Of a stretch of DNA of 64,000 nt, positions 17,807-30,800 are shown in pieces (position 1 is the first letter of the stretch; each line of letters starts with the position of its first letter). The stretch lies in assembly GCA_002269645.1 (NCBI GenBank), contig NIVC01000326.1, positions 310,001-374,000 on the forward strand, given 5' to 3'. The notes beneath the pieces were generated by a model. It was not told the origin of the DNA, did not search any database, and saw nothing but the letters and a program-made list of their open reading frames with translations. A program made the position numbers and the translations under genes. The DNA comes from Macrostomum lignano. Taxonomy: Eukaryota.

Positions 17807-19356
17807 CTGGGGATTTGGGAAGAATCTTGCCCGATCCCAAACTATTCTAGTCAGTTACCAAGGGCCTCTTGCGCCACAATCAGGCGGCTTAGTTTGCTTT
17901 CCAATAAAGAACTATTTGCTTGAATGATTTACTATGGAACATAATTTTAGCCATTTTGTAACAATAAAATTCTATGGCCAAAAGTTATACATGATAAGGA
18001 AGCCAATAGCAAAATAAGTTATAAAAATGAAGCCACTCCTAAAAGCACAAAAAGACAACAGAATGGAAATAAGCAGAAGAGGCTATCAGAGCAATAAGAG
18101 CCTTTTATACAGATGCATTTTTCATTTTAAAAAGTTATATGAAGAGGTTGCAATTAGGGATTGCAATCAAATGATTATAGGACTGGGCTCTTAAATCCAT
18201 ATTTAAGCTCATAAATCCCAAGACAAAACTATGTTTCTTCCATAACAAATGCAAAAAAACTGAATTCATATATCATTTTATTTCCTATATTCTATATGCT
18301 TCATTAATGCTTAATACTTTGCTAAACTCTATAAATTGTCTTGCTACCATTGATTTCTTTATGAATTTTTAGGTTGGACTATAAATTAATAAATTATTAG
18401 GACAAAAAAGCTATTTCAAAACAAATATTATTGTCAAAATTGTAATTGTAAGACCATAGAAATAAAGAAATTGACAAACTCATCATAAGATTTTAAATTG
18501 TAGATTAATTAAAAGCTAAAAAGTTGATTTATTTGTATTTTATAATTCTAAGAGAAAAATGCTTAGGTTAGGTATAGCTTTTATTAAGATTTAAAATTTT
18601 GATTCAGAAACTTAAAAATCTTTTTTATCCCAAGATTAGCTAATCTTAAGCTAATCTAAACTAATTCAAACTTTAAAGAATTAGACTATAAAATCTAGGA
18701 TATACTAGATATTTAGGCCTATCAATTGTTCATTTCATTTTTTTCAAACATGGTATAATAAGTAAATTTTCCTTTTCATATTATAATTTTTATAGGATTG
18801 TAACTTATATTATATCATATTTCATTGTCTTGATGTTGATCTATGACTATATTTTTTTCAACATTAAAATAGCCTAGGACAGGGGGCCTATTTGTTGCAT
18901 AGGAAATTTTGCAATAATATACATAAGTCCCATATATAAATTAGCAGCCAAGTAGGATTCTATGAGGAGATTACATTATTTACATTATTTATTTACAATT
19001 TACATTAAACTTGGCTAGTTAAACTACTTAGTTTTAGTTAGATATTATAAATATAATGCATTTGGAATGGAAAACATTAAACAATATAAAACAATAATTA
19101 AAGAGGTCTTGAATTTAAATACATTTTATATGCTAATAAAAAGATTTATTATTTTATACTCAAACTGAGTCAAAGGTGTTTGATATTAGCTGGATATTAT
19201 TTTCTAAAATGACTAAGGTTCAAGACTAAAGACACAGGAGTAGATCTAGGATGGGCTGAGGGCAGAGAGTGCATACCCATTAGAATTGCACATTACAGAT
19301 ATAAGATTCCATTTAATGTCAGATTGCCAGTGTTACAGTGTACTAATGATAATGTA

Positions 19357-19531
19357 CATGGGCAGCTTGCGGCACCAAGGCACGTGCCCCCCCCCCCAGA
19401 AAATGAGTCCACGTGATAATTTTTTGTGTTCTTTTCTGATTTTATGCCCTAATTAGCAACTTATAAAGGTACCTGTGCCCCCTTGCCCTGTGCCTGGTGC
19501 CCCCCTCAAATATTAGGCTCCGCTGCCCCTG
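19357..19531. mobile_element. 175-bp non-autonomous hAT-type DNA element (MITE)
   Basis: 10-bp TIRs CA(T/G)GGGCAGC and an 8-bp target-site duplication ataatgta/ctaatgta (7/8 match). An 8-bp TSD with a CAG-starting TIR is typical of hAT elements. Confidence 0.7.
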
Positions 19532-22500
19532 CTAATGTACTTCCATAGAAAATAGGCAAGTTATATAATTTTATTGTGCTGCGTGTGCCACCCCTCTCAT
19601 AAAACTTTAAGTCTATTGTAATTTTTGTGTGGCGCACACTACTAGTTCTAAAATTGCACGTAACTGTGCAACTTTTCAATTGTACTGCTCATTGACATTG
19701 CATTGCTGGAACTTAAACTTTGTAATTTAAATTATCTAGATCGCTACTAAATTGTCAAAGCAAATCAAAGTCACACAGTTCACTCATTTACATGATTTAT
19801 ACATATATCGGGTAAATCTCAAATTGAAATATACGTAAGTTATAAACAAATTTTTTCTTTCAGCATGAATTTAATTGTTAAACCAGAAGTATTTGTACAT
19901 AAATTTAACTTTTATTTATAAAAAACTGATTGAAAAATGTGTCTTTAAACTTTTAGCCAGAGCTTATGCTTTTATCGTGGCGATAGCGACCGAAAACGTA
20001 TTTTTCTGACTTGTACTTTAAGTACGTTTTTTGTTTCATAACGCTCTTTTGTGTACGTGTACTATTTTTGTCTATGGGACAATGACTGAAAATATAGGGG
20101 AAAACCTTTATCTGTGAGCTTGTGGATATTTTACGGCTGTGTTTTCAATATTTATGAACTTATTTAGCCCTGTCTTAATTGCATGACACTTGTCTACTGT
20201 TGAAAAATTCCTGTAAGGTGTAGGTTTTCTGATAAACAAGGCCAAACATTTTGATCTTTAGTGATTCATTCTTTCAGAGACATTTTAAATATTGTTATTT
20301 TGTTTTATCTGCGACTGTCAATGCATTGTTACTTACTTATGCCTATTGATGTTACATTTTGACTTTTTTCATGAGCACAAAATTTCCTGTAAGGTGTAAG
20401 TTTACTCAGCTCATAAGCATGTAAATGTTCCCAAAACTTGTTATTATGTAGAAAAATACTAAACAAAGAGTAGTTTTTTATTGCATGTTCTTGTGATTTT
20501 ACTAAAGAAGTATAGACCTTATTAAGTTCATTATATGGGTTTTTACCATTTATAGCCAACTAACATACTTAAGTAAGCAGTTTGTTTATTTTTGTATGAA
20601 AATCTTTGATGAATTCGCTTGTAATGATATTCAATTTTGATCTTATGTGTATATTTTGAGCTCTAATGTTTGGTAATCCATAGAAATATTCTAATTTGTT
20701 TTTGCCAATGTATTTAATATATTCCTCTAATGTTATCATATTTGAATGCCTATTTGGGCTAGCAAAAGACAATAGGTATGGCAGGAACAGGAACCCTTAG
20801 AAACAGTTTGCATGGTTAGGAGAAAGCAAAAAGAATCCTGGTATTGCATACTTTTATTGTATTTAATGACACCTTAGAAAGCCTTTTTACTCATAATTAG
20901 GAAGCACAATCTATCTACTTCTATTTGTATTTATATCTCAATATCTGTGTGTAGCAGTATATGTTTACCTTGCAATTTGAATGCCATATCTATTATTTCT
21001 ATTTAGTCATTTTCAATTGTACTCTGCTATCTTGGTATTCATTTACAAAAATACAAAGTGAGAGTCTATCTGTCTATTTGTAAATTTTGGCAATTTTCAA
21101 TGTAGACATTCCTAAAATTACTACAGTTATTTTCTTTAAATTGATACCAGATAACATTAAGATGATAATACCTCATTCTTATATCGTTTCTATTTTCTAC
21201 AATACACAAATTTACTTCAAAAGTTCAAAATTCATTTCTTGTCTGGAATAAAAGTGGATATTGCATGATAATAGAATATATTTATATGTATCTCTATAGT
21301 ACAGTGCAAGAAGGGAGTGTTGGCCATGATGGCATAGCAGTCATGAGGGTAGAAAGAATTGCTGGGCTGGGCCAATGCCAAATGCCACACATGCACATTG
21401 TTTCACATGTGCACTGTGTAGTTACAGTGTTGGGCATAAAAACTAACACATCTATGTAAGAGTTTGAAATCCTATATACTGTATTTGTACTGTCAGTTGC
21501 ATCTTATCCTGGCCTGTACATCTGTTGCTTTCTCTTAGCATACTGTATTACCTTTCTCTCAGCATATATATGTTTTAGTTTCCAGTTTAACATTTGCCAT
21601 TTGCCATTTACATTTTTCTTAGTTTTCAGTGCCATATCTGCTTTATATAGTATTTTTCAGTCTGTAAGTTTTCTGTTTTTTTTCTTTTTGCCAGTATCTT
21701 TTTGGCTTTTATTTACTGTTGTACATTTTCCCAGTGCGAGTAACTGTACGCTTTTAATTTCATTGCATTTTTATGGTCTGCACTTCTTTATATAAGTCCA
21801 GTGCAGTTCAAGTATCTGTTTCAGTCTGTTTTTTCTTGCACATTTTAAAGTAGAAATGGGAAATACACATGCAATTTTTTGTTTTGCTTTAATTTACAAA
21901 CAAACATCTACATTCTACAGACGATATATTTGATCAGTGATGGAAACCTTAGTCAAAACTTCAAAAGTAAAATGTATAAGTATATTTTTTAACTTCTAGC
22001 TTTTTAGCAGTATGAGAGAACAGCAGCTTCGAGTTCTTTGTCAAGAAATTAAGGGAAAGTATTGGTGTTATTTTTGTGGTATGGCTTGCAATTTGATAGT
22101 TGCAAAACTTGATTCAGTTGAATTAAAGAGACAAACGTGTAATTTAAAGAAAATTCAATACATTTGCTTAATTAAAATATGTTCAAGTTGAATACTAGAT
22201 CCATGATCCATCGGTGTCAGTCTGAATATTACAGAATTTGTAGGTTTCGCCATATTAAATTTTAGTAAAGATAAATAACCCAATTGGCATCGTTTCATTG
22301 CCATCAATAATAAACTCCGGTCGTTATCAGTCCGTCAACGGGATATGTTGTCGATATATATATAAAAAATGGTTTAGGTACCGTATATTCCGTTTATATT
22401 AAATCAGGCAGATTCTTAGCACGTTAAATTAAGTAACTATAAACAGCCTCAATTTATAACAAAATGTTTCTTAAAAACAAAGAATATTTGTGTATACTAC

Positions 22501-23847
22501 AAACCAATAGAAATTTAACTCTAAAAAAACAAAAACTACAATTTTGTATGTTAAATAAACAAACAGTTTATCTTCGGTATTAATCGTTGTCAGAATACCC
22601 TTCGAAAAAACAAACAGAATTCTTTCTTGAAATTCAGGCCTACTTGTGGTTTTAAGTAGAAAAATTATTATATTATTGTTTAATCTTCAGAGGTAAAGCA
22701 TTATTTTGCATGCCACAGAACTTTTATTTTTTGTCAATTTTTTTACTTCTGTGTTTGAGATTTACCCTATCGCGCAACTTAGACTTCCGAATTCGAAACG
22801 GAGGCTGAGATTCCAAGAAACATAAGTGAAAAGAAACAAATTCTATCCGCAGGAGTAATGTTATTTTAGACTGGTGAGTCCCATACTTCTCTAGCAAGTA
22901 GCTGGTGTTGCAATTACAAAACTAATTTATTACTCGTAATTCCAGAAGTCAGCATTTTGTTTGAGCATTCACGGATAAGCTGCTTTTCCACCACTTTTCA
23001 CATCAATTTAAGAACCAGAGTCAGTTCGGATCGGATCTTTGAAGAAAAAAACCGTGTAACTGTTTTAATTTGCTGAATTTTTGACTGCGTTATCAGGCTC
23101 ACTTTGCACAATTATTTACTTTCTTGGCTATTCCCATTCAATAGTAAAAACTTTATGGCACGTATATATCCCTTTAGTTTATGAGAAAAAAGTTATACTT
23201 CACAAATTGGATCTGGTTCTAGAACCAGAACAAGCACTATGAAAGGGCCCCATACTGTTAATGTACAAATAAATATTTTTACAGTTCTAATTATCAAAGT
23301 AATCCAGTTTTTTCTTCTGGGATTCAATACTATAGTCCAGTTCAGCCAAAACTTACGATATTCACGTACATTAAAGTACGAGTAACATGCATGCATTTAT
23401 ATTTGCATGTAGCATCCAAGGACTACTCTAGTAGAATGACAGGAAATTACGTTTCTTGAAAATTTTAGGAGGCAGTTTTTACCTAAAAATACATTATGGA
23501 GATAGGTTTTCTTTTTTAAACAGAAAATTTTTGGTTTTTGATGGGAGACAGACCCTATGCTTATTTTTGATGTGTTGCCTTCCCTATCGCTCTATTGATC
23601 TCATAAAGTTTTTCATCTATAAAAGTACGATTCTATGTTAATTTTATATCCTAGGTACATGTTTTCTTTTCTTTTCTAACGTAGCCATCAGTAATGAAAC
23701 AATTACATGCGTAATGTTACGCATTCATGTAGACATGTAGAAAGAGTAAACAAAGGACGCATTTATATTTTCAGCAGGAGCATATAAATGTAACAGTGGC
23801 ATATTATTCGCACAGCAACGTTAATGTACAACATTGCAGCCCAAAGC

Positions 23848-25905
23848 TCAGAGCACAAACGGTATAAGGGCCCGTCTGTCAGCAGGGAAGCTGCTGCCAA
23901 ACTGCCGCCTGTACCACGCGTGCGAGAGCAGGGCGCTGGCCGACTGGTTCACCAGGACAAACAGCAGCAGGTGAAACAGCAGCCCGCCACCCCCGCCGCC
24001 GCTGCCGCTGACGAGGCAAAACAAATTCAGGTAGATAAGCATCTCCAGGTTGTAATGGGGCGACGACAGGTAGCGGAACAGGTGACCCTGCGGCAGCAGA
24101 TGCTTGCGGTGAATCACGGCGCCTAGAGGAAAAAATTACAAGCATTAAAACCGAGTTTTAAGAAGACAAGAAGCTTAATGAAATGAGGATTTGGGAAGAT
24201 AAACAGATTAGGGAAACAGGGATTTCGGGAATACAAACAGATTAGGGAAATGGGGATTCGGGAAGATAAACAGATTAGGGAAATGGGGATTCGGGAAGAT
24301 AAACAGATTAGGGAAATGGGGATTCGGGAATATAAACAGATTTAGGAAAATGGGGATTTGTTAAGATAAACAGATTAGGAAAATGGGGATTTGGGAATAC
24401 AAACAGATTAGGGAAATTAGGGATTTGGGAATATAAACAGATTAGGGAAATGGGGATTTGGGAAGATAAACAGCTGAGGGAACAGCTGCTCCGGCATTGA
24501 GATCGGACAGAAGAGAACGCACTGCACAGGCCACACAGTCAAACAGAAGCACCAGAAATCTCCCACCTTTTCCGTCCTTCCTCAACGCGGCGAGAGTCTG
24601 GGCCGCCTTAAACTGACCCCAGGCCAGCAGTGCGTGAACGGCAGAGTGAGCGATAGCTTGCGCCAAGCTGATCCTGTACTCTGCCATCGGCAATTCAAAT
24701 ATTCGATGAAATTTTCATTCTTATAAAGATATCTACGCAACATATCGGCAAATTGACTCGCCTGGCAGCCGGAGCAGCAGCGACCAGACAACGCAGCAGT
24801 AGAATCCGTAGCCCAGCCCGTAGTGCAGCAGGTTGATGCTGCCGCTAGAGTAGACCGACACCAGCCGGCACTCCAGCAGGCGGCGAAGCATCTGGCAGGC
24901 TTGCAGGACCAGCGGGGTGAAGCTCAGCCAGGGTGCCGCGGACACTGCGGAGTTCGGCAGGTAGTTGCTGGAGCAGCTGATGACTCATGGCTACTCCTGC
25001 TAAACCAGCATCTGTATCACTCTCACCCATCTCACTCTCAGCCCTGCTACTCTCACCCATCTCACTCTCACCCCTGCCACTCTCACCACTGCCACTCTCA
25101 CCCATCTCACTCTCACCCCTGCCACTCTCACCACTGCCACTCTCACCCATCTCACTCTCACCCCTGCCACTCTCACCACTGCCACTCTCACCCATCTTAC
25201 TCTCACCCATCTCACTCTCACCCCTGCTACTCTCCCCCATCTCACTCTCACCCCTGCCACTCTCACCACTGCCACTCTCACCCATCTCACTCTCACCTAT
25301 CTAACTCTCACCCATCTCACTATCACCCTTGCCACTCTCACCAATCTCTCTCACCACTGCCACTCTCATCTATCTCACTCTCACCACTACAACTCACATC
25401 ACTGCCACTCTCACCCCTGCCACTCTCACCACTGCTACTCTGACCCATCTCACTCTCACTCATCTCACTCTCACCCCAATTTCACCACATCCCACCTCAT
25501 CTCACCTTAATATCACCCCAAATCTCATGCCATCTCACCTCAATCCCACCCCAGTCTCACCCTCCCCAGACACGCACCATCCGGCAGGCCCAGCGGTGCG
25601 GCCAGGCAGCCGCCCAGCCAGCCCGCAGGCCAGCTGGCGGCCCAGAGCAGGCAGGCGCAGCAGGCCAGGCCGGCCAGGTAGAAATGCCAGAAGTGCTGCT
25701 TCGGCAGCTCCAGCAGCTGCACTGCAGTCCAGGCCCGGCCGGCCGGCCGAACTTTGCCGAACTGCAGGGCGTCTCGGAGCAGCTGCGGCAGCCGTGTGGG
25801 GCTCAGCAGCTCCAGGCTCGCCATCAGCCCGATGACCACAGTGAACGCGTCCACAATCAAGGACAGCCAGGCCTCCAGACTACTGGCCGAGTCGCTAGTA
25901 GCCAT
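23848..25905 (-). CDS. SRD5A3: Polyprenol (polyprenal) reductase, steroid 5-alpha-reductase family (SRD5A3/DFG10)
   Basis: Exons 25905-25578, 24944-24762, 24680-24567 and 24122-23848, all joined in phase 1. Motifs are FGK...LPKQHFWHFY, RRLLECRLVSVYS...HYGLGYGFY, LAALRK, and LPQGHLFRYLSSPHYNLEMLIY...NQSASALLSHAWYRRQF...RRALIPFVL*. Confidence 0.9.
24195..24472. repeat. ~32-bp minisatellite in SRD5A3 intron 3
   Basis: Unit ggggattcgggaagataaacagattagggaaat. Confidence 0.93.
25020..25560. repeat. 15-bp CACTCTCACC minisatellite in SRD5A3 intron 1
   Basis: Units cactctcacccatct / cactctcacccctgc. Confidence 0.95.
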
Positions 25906-27369
25906 GGCAACAGAGCAGCGCGAGTGTTTGCGTGGTGCAGCTGCGAGGATGAACCGCCAAAAGTTTCAATCTTTTGAGGCCAATATTTTGCAGGAAAAAT
26001 GACCCCCCTGACCTCACCTCGATGACTCCCTAAATTGCTGTAACACAGAAGACAAAGACTACTAAAAGTACACTGATAGAGAAGCACTTTAGCTTCTAAG
26101 AAAACGTTTTTTGAAGGCCTACGTTTCTTGCGAAAAAACAAATGTTACTATCTTGTAAAAGTGGAAATTCAACAGGAAATCGTTTCTAAGAAATTGAGAG
26201 ATCGAATGCCGGTTTTGAACAAAGGAGAGACAGGAATTTCTGCATTCCAGATTTTTACTGTTTTTGAAAATATGAAATAAACATGTGCAACAAAAACTCG
26301 CATTTTTTACCGGGACAAAAAAGAAATTCCAATTTGGTTTGTTTTTATTGTATATTTGTTTGCAACACAGGCAAAACAGAGAAGCAGGCCTTAAACCTGC
26401 TGCTTGAGTTCATTTACTGTAGTTGACTTTCTTGCAGTTCAGTCAGTGTAGAAAACAGAAAGCAGAAGAGAATAAAGAGAGAGTGGGAGAGTGGGATTTG
26501 GTGTAGCGAAATTCAATATATTTGTTAATTAAATAATCATCTCTGGATAAGCGCAATGGCACAACCTGCATAAAGCCAGTAATAGCATTTTAATAAACGA
26601 ATAAATAAGCAATAAATCATTCAGATTTTAACAAAAGTAAGAAAACACTTTCCAAACTAAGCATTAGCGCATGCATTTTGTATATATAATCTAAATATAT
26701 ATTGATGCGCAAATGATACTACTAGCGAGTAAGTAGCCAGACGCAGGTTTAACAAATATTTTTGCTAATACAAACGTAAAGTTTACAAATTATATAATTA
26801 AAATATTTTGACTAATCAAAAACATAAATAAAGCTTTGTCCACAGAATGACTTTGGTCCAACCGATAACAAAGCAAATGAGTAGTGTTTCTACACAAGCC
26901 AAACTGGGACTCCACCTTCAGGACGATTATTAGCTAATTTAGTAAAACAAATCAAAAACAAAACAAGTTCGCGAATGGCAAAATAAGCTTATTAAAAATG
27001 AGTTGGCAGGTTATATTGGGTCTCTGCCGCGAGAGCCGCGGCCCGCGGGCGCTTCAGCGGCCGCAGGCTCAGAGGAAAGGAAAAACGCGCATTGAACGAA
27101 AGCAGACAAAGATTGCAGCGATTGTGCAGCTTCCAGCAGCTTCCAGCAGCCCCAGTGCGGTTTGTTGATCAACCAGTCTACTCGGTGACAAATTTACACT
27201 GACCGATATTGCAAATTATAGCTATCCATTTATTGTGTGTACTCAATACAGTGATTATCGATAATGAAATATGATTAATATCAGACCGATATTCAAACTT
27301 AATTATAAATATCATAAACCAATTGTAATAAAGTTGAAGCACTGATATCTATATCCAATCATAAATCTC

Positions 27370-27720
27370 GATATTGAATACCTGATTAATTATAAATATC
27401 GATATTCAATACCTGATTAATTATAAATATCGATATTCAATACCTGATTAATTATAAATATCGATATTAAATAACCGATCAATTATAAATATCGATATTC
27501 AATACCTGATTTAATACCTGATTAATTATAAATATCGATATTTAATACCTGAATTATTATTTATATCGATATTCAATTAATGATAAATTATTTATAACGA
27601 TATTTTATTACCTGGTCAATTTAAAATATCTAAATTTAATAACTGATCAATTAGAATAAAAACATCGATTTTCAATAACTGATTAAATACAAATATCGAT
27701 CTTAAAAACCTTATCAATAA
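27370..27720. repeat. AT-rich ~31-bp minisatellite downstream of EHD
   Basis: Unit attaattataaatatcgatattcaatacctg, degenerating rightward. Confidence 0.85.
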
Positions 27721-27855
27721 TAAATATAAAAAACTGGCCATTAATTCAGGATAGAATTGAAACAAATCACTGAATTTTTAATTAAAATCCTCTTCATTCG
27801 CCAAAGCAGGCTTGATCACCAGCAGCTGTCCATCGCCGCAGTCCGAGCTCCCCAA

Positions 27856-30800
27856 TCACTTCTTGCTGGGCGGCATGAGGTGGTCTGGCAGCTGGTTCGG
27901 CAGCTCGTGGCCGTCCAGCCTCAGCCTGATGAGGTACTTGGCCAGCGCGAACTCGTCAATGTCCAGCATGCCATCCTGGTCGATGTCGGCCAGCTTCCAG
28001 ATCTTGCCGAGCTGCTGGAAGGGCAGCTTGGAGCGGCTCATCTCGTCCTTGGCCTGGGCGCCGGTGATTTTGCCGTCCACCGGCCCCATGGCGTAGAAGG
28101 CGGAGTCGTACTCCTCGCGGAACCGGTTCACGATCCAGTCGTGGTCGAACTTGCCCGCCGCCAGGCCAAGGTTGTCGCTGAAGGCGAACGGATTGTCGTC
28201 CCCGGCCTGGTTGAAGGCGCCGCCCTCGATGGCGCCCCATTCCTTGGTCTGGGTGGAGGACTCCTGCGGGAGGCGGGCGGATCGCATCAGCTAATATGGG
28301 ATCTCTGCGATGTTTTGGGATTTCAATATGGGATCTCTGCGATGTTTTGGGATTTCAATATGGGATCTCTGCGATGTTTTGGGATTTCAATATGGGATCT
28401 CTGCGATGGTTTGGGATTTCAATATGGGATCTCTGCGATGTTTTGGGATTTCAATATGGGATCTCTGCGATGTTTTGGGATTTCAATATTGGATCTCTGC
28501 GATGTTTTGGGATTTCAATATGGGATCTCTGCGATGTTTTAGGATTTAAATATGGGATCTCTGCGATGTTTTAGGATTTCAATATGGGATCTCTGCGATG
28601 TTTTGGGATTTCAATATTGGATCTCTGCGATGTTTTGGGATTTCAATATGGGATCTCTGCGATGTTTTAGGATTTAAATATGGGATCTCTGCGATGTTTT
28701 AGGATTTCAATATGGGATCTCTGCGATGTTTTGGGATTTCAATATGGGATCTCTGCGATGTTTTGGGATTTCAATATGGGATCTCTGCGATGTTTTGGGA
28801 TTTCAATATCGGATCTCCCAAAGAGACGGTGAGATTTTAATTTAGGATACATGGAATTTTCAGATACATACCAGGTAGGAAGATTTATGGGATTTTAATT
28901 TGGGATCTTATGGGATTTCAATATGAGATCCCTAAGACAGGTGGGATTTCATTATGGGATTTCACAGGGAGACAAGTGAGACTTTACCCTGGTAATACGA
29001 TCTCAGAGGTACAGGTGGAATTTTAATATGTGATTATGTAAAGAGACAGGTGAAATTTTAATGGGATCTCAGTGGGACAGGTGGAATTTCTCAAAGACAC
29101 AGGTGGGATTTCAGTATGGGATTTCTCAAAGACACAAGTGGGATTTCAATATGGGATTTCTCAAAGACACAGGTGGGATTTCAATATGGGATTTCTCAAA
29201 GACAGGTGGAATTTTAATGGGATCCCAGAGAGACAGGTAGAATTTTAATATGGGATTTCTCAAAGACACAGGTGGGATTTCAATATGGGATTTCTCAAAG
29301 ACAGGTGGAATTTTAATGGGATCTCAGAGAGACAGGTAGAATTTTAATATGGGATTTCTCAAAGACACAGGTGGAATTTTAATGGGATCTCAGAGAGACA
29401 GGTAGAATTTTAATATGGGAATATGGGATTTCTCAGAGAGACAGGTGGGATTTCAATATGGGATTTCTCAAATGGACAGGTGGGATATGGGATTTCTCAG
29501 GGAGAAGTGGGATTTCAATGAGATCTAATGGGATACGGGATATAAGGATGCAAATCAAGCTCAGTGAAGCTGCCTGCCCACCTGCGGAATCTGCTGCATC
29601 AGCTTAGCGATATCGTCGCTAAGCATGGCGTCCACAGTGTTGATCAGCCGCTCCTTTAACGGCTGAAACTTGGAGAAGTCGGCGTGCTCAAGAGCCTGCT
29701 GCATTCTGGCCAGGTTGGGCAGGTCCCCCAGGCTGATGTTGTGCTCCCTGGCCACGTTGGTGTAGATCTGCTGCAGGTCCCGGATCAGCTGCTTCTTCTT
29801 GTTGTCCTTGCCGAACACTGAGGGCATCTCCTTGCGCAGTGCGGCGATGATGTAGGCGTGGGTCTTGGCCAGCCGGGCCCGCTTGATCAGGTCGTTGAGC
29901 TTGCGCAGCGTGGCGTTGCGCGGCAGCGACTGCAGGTCGCGGAACAGGTCCTGCGCCTCCAGCTCGAACAGGCGCTTGTTGGTCTCGAACTTCAGCGGCT
30001 CGTTCCAGAAACTGCCGATGTACACCCGGGCCACCTCGGGGGTGTACAGCACCTTGCCTGCGGGAGAGGCATGGGGATCAGAGGATTAGGGAGCCATGGA
30101 GATCAGAGGATTGGAGAGGCATGGGGATCAGAGGATTTGAGAGCCATGGGGATCAGAGGATTAGAGAGGCATGAGGATCAGAGGATTAGAGCCATGGGGA
30201 TCAGAGGATTAGAGCCATGGGGATCAGAGGATTATAGAGCCATGGGGATCAGAGGATTTGAGAGCCATGGGGATCAGAGGATTTGAGAGCCATGGGGATC
30301 AGAGGATTAGAGAGCCATGGGGATCAGAGGATTAGAGAGGCATGGGGATCAGAGGATTAGAGAGCCATGGGGATCAGAGGATTAGAGATGCATGGGGAGC
30401 AGAGGATTAGAGAGGCATGAGGATCAGAGGATTTGAGAGCCATGGGGATCAGAGGATTATAGAGCCATGGGGATCAGAGGATTAGAGCCATGGGGATCAG
30501 AGGATTATAGAGCCATGGGGATCAGAGGATTTGAGAGCCATGGGGATCAGAGGATTATAGAGCCATGGGGATCAGAGGATTTGAGAGCCATGGGGATCAG
30601 AGGATTAGAGGCATGGGGATCAGAGGATTTGAGAGCCATGGGGATCAGAGGATTATAGAGCCATGGGGATCAGAGGATTAGAGCCATGGGGATCAGAGGA
30701 TTTGAGAGCCATGGGGATCAGAGGATTTGAGAGCCATGGGGATCAGAGGATTAGAGGCATGGGGATCAGAGGATTTGAGAGCCATGGGGATCAGAGGATT

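Noticed and set aside
17198-17923. Plus-strand ORFs overlapping SNIP1, SRD5A3 and EHD exons
   Set aside because: These are antisense shadows of GC3-rich coding exons with clear minus-strand homology.
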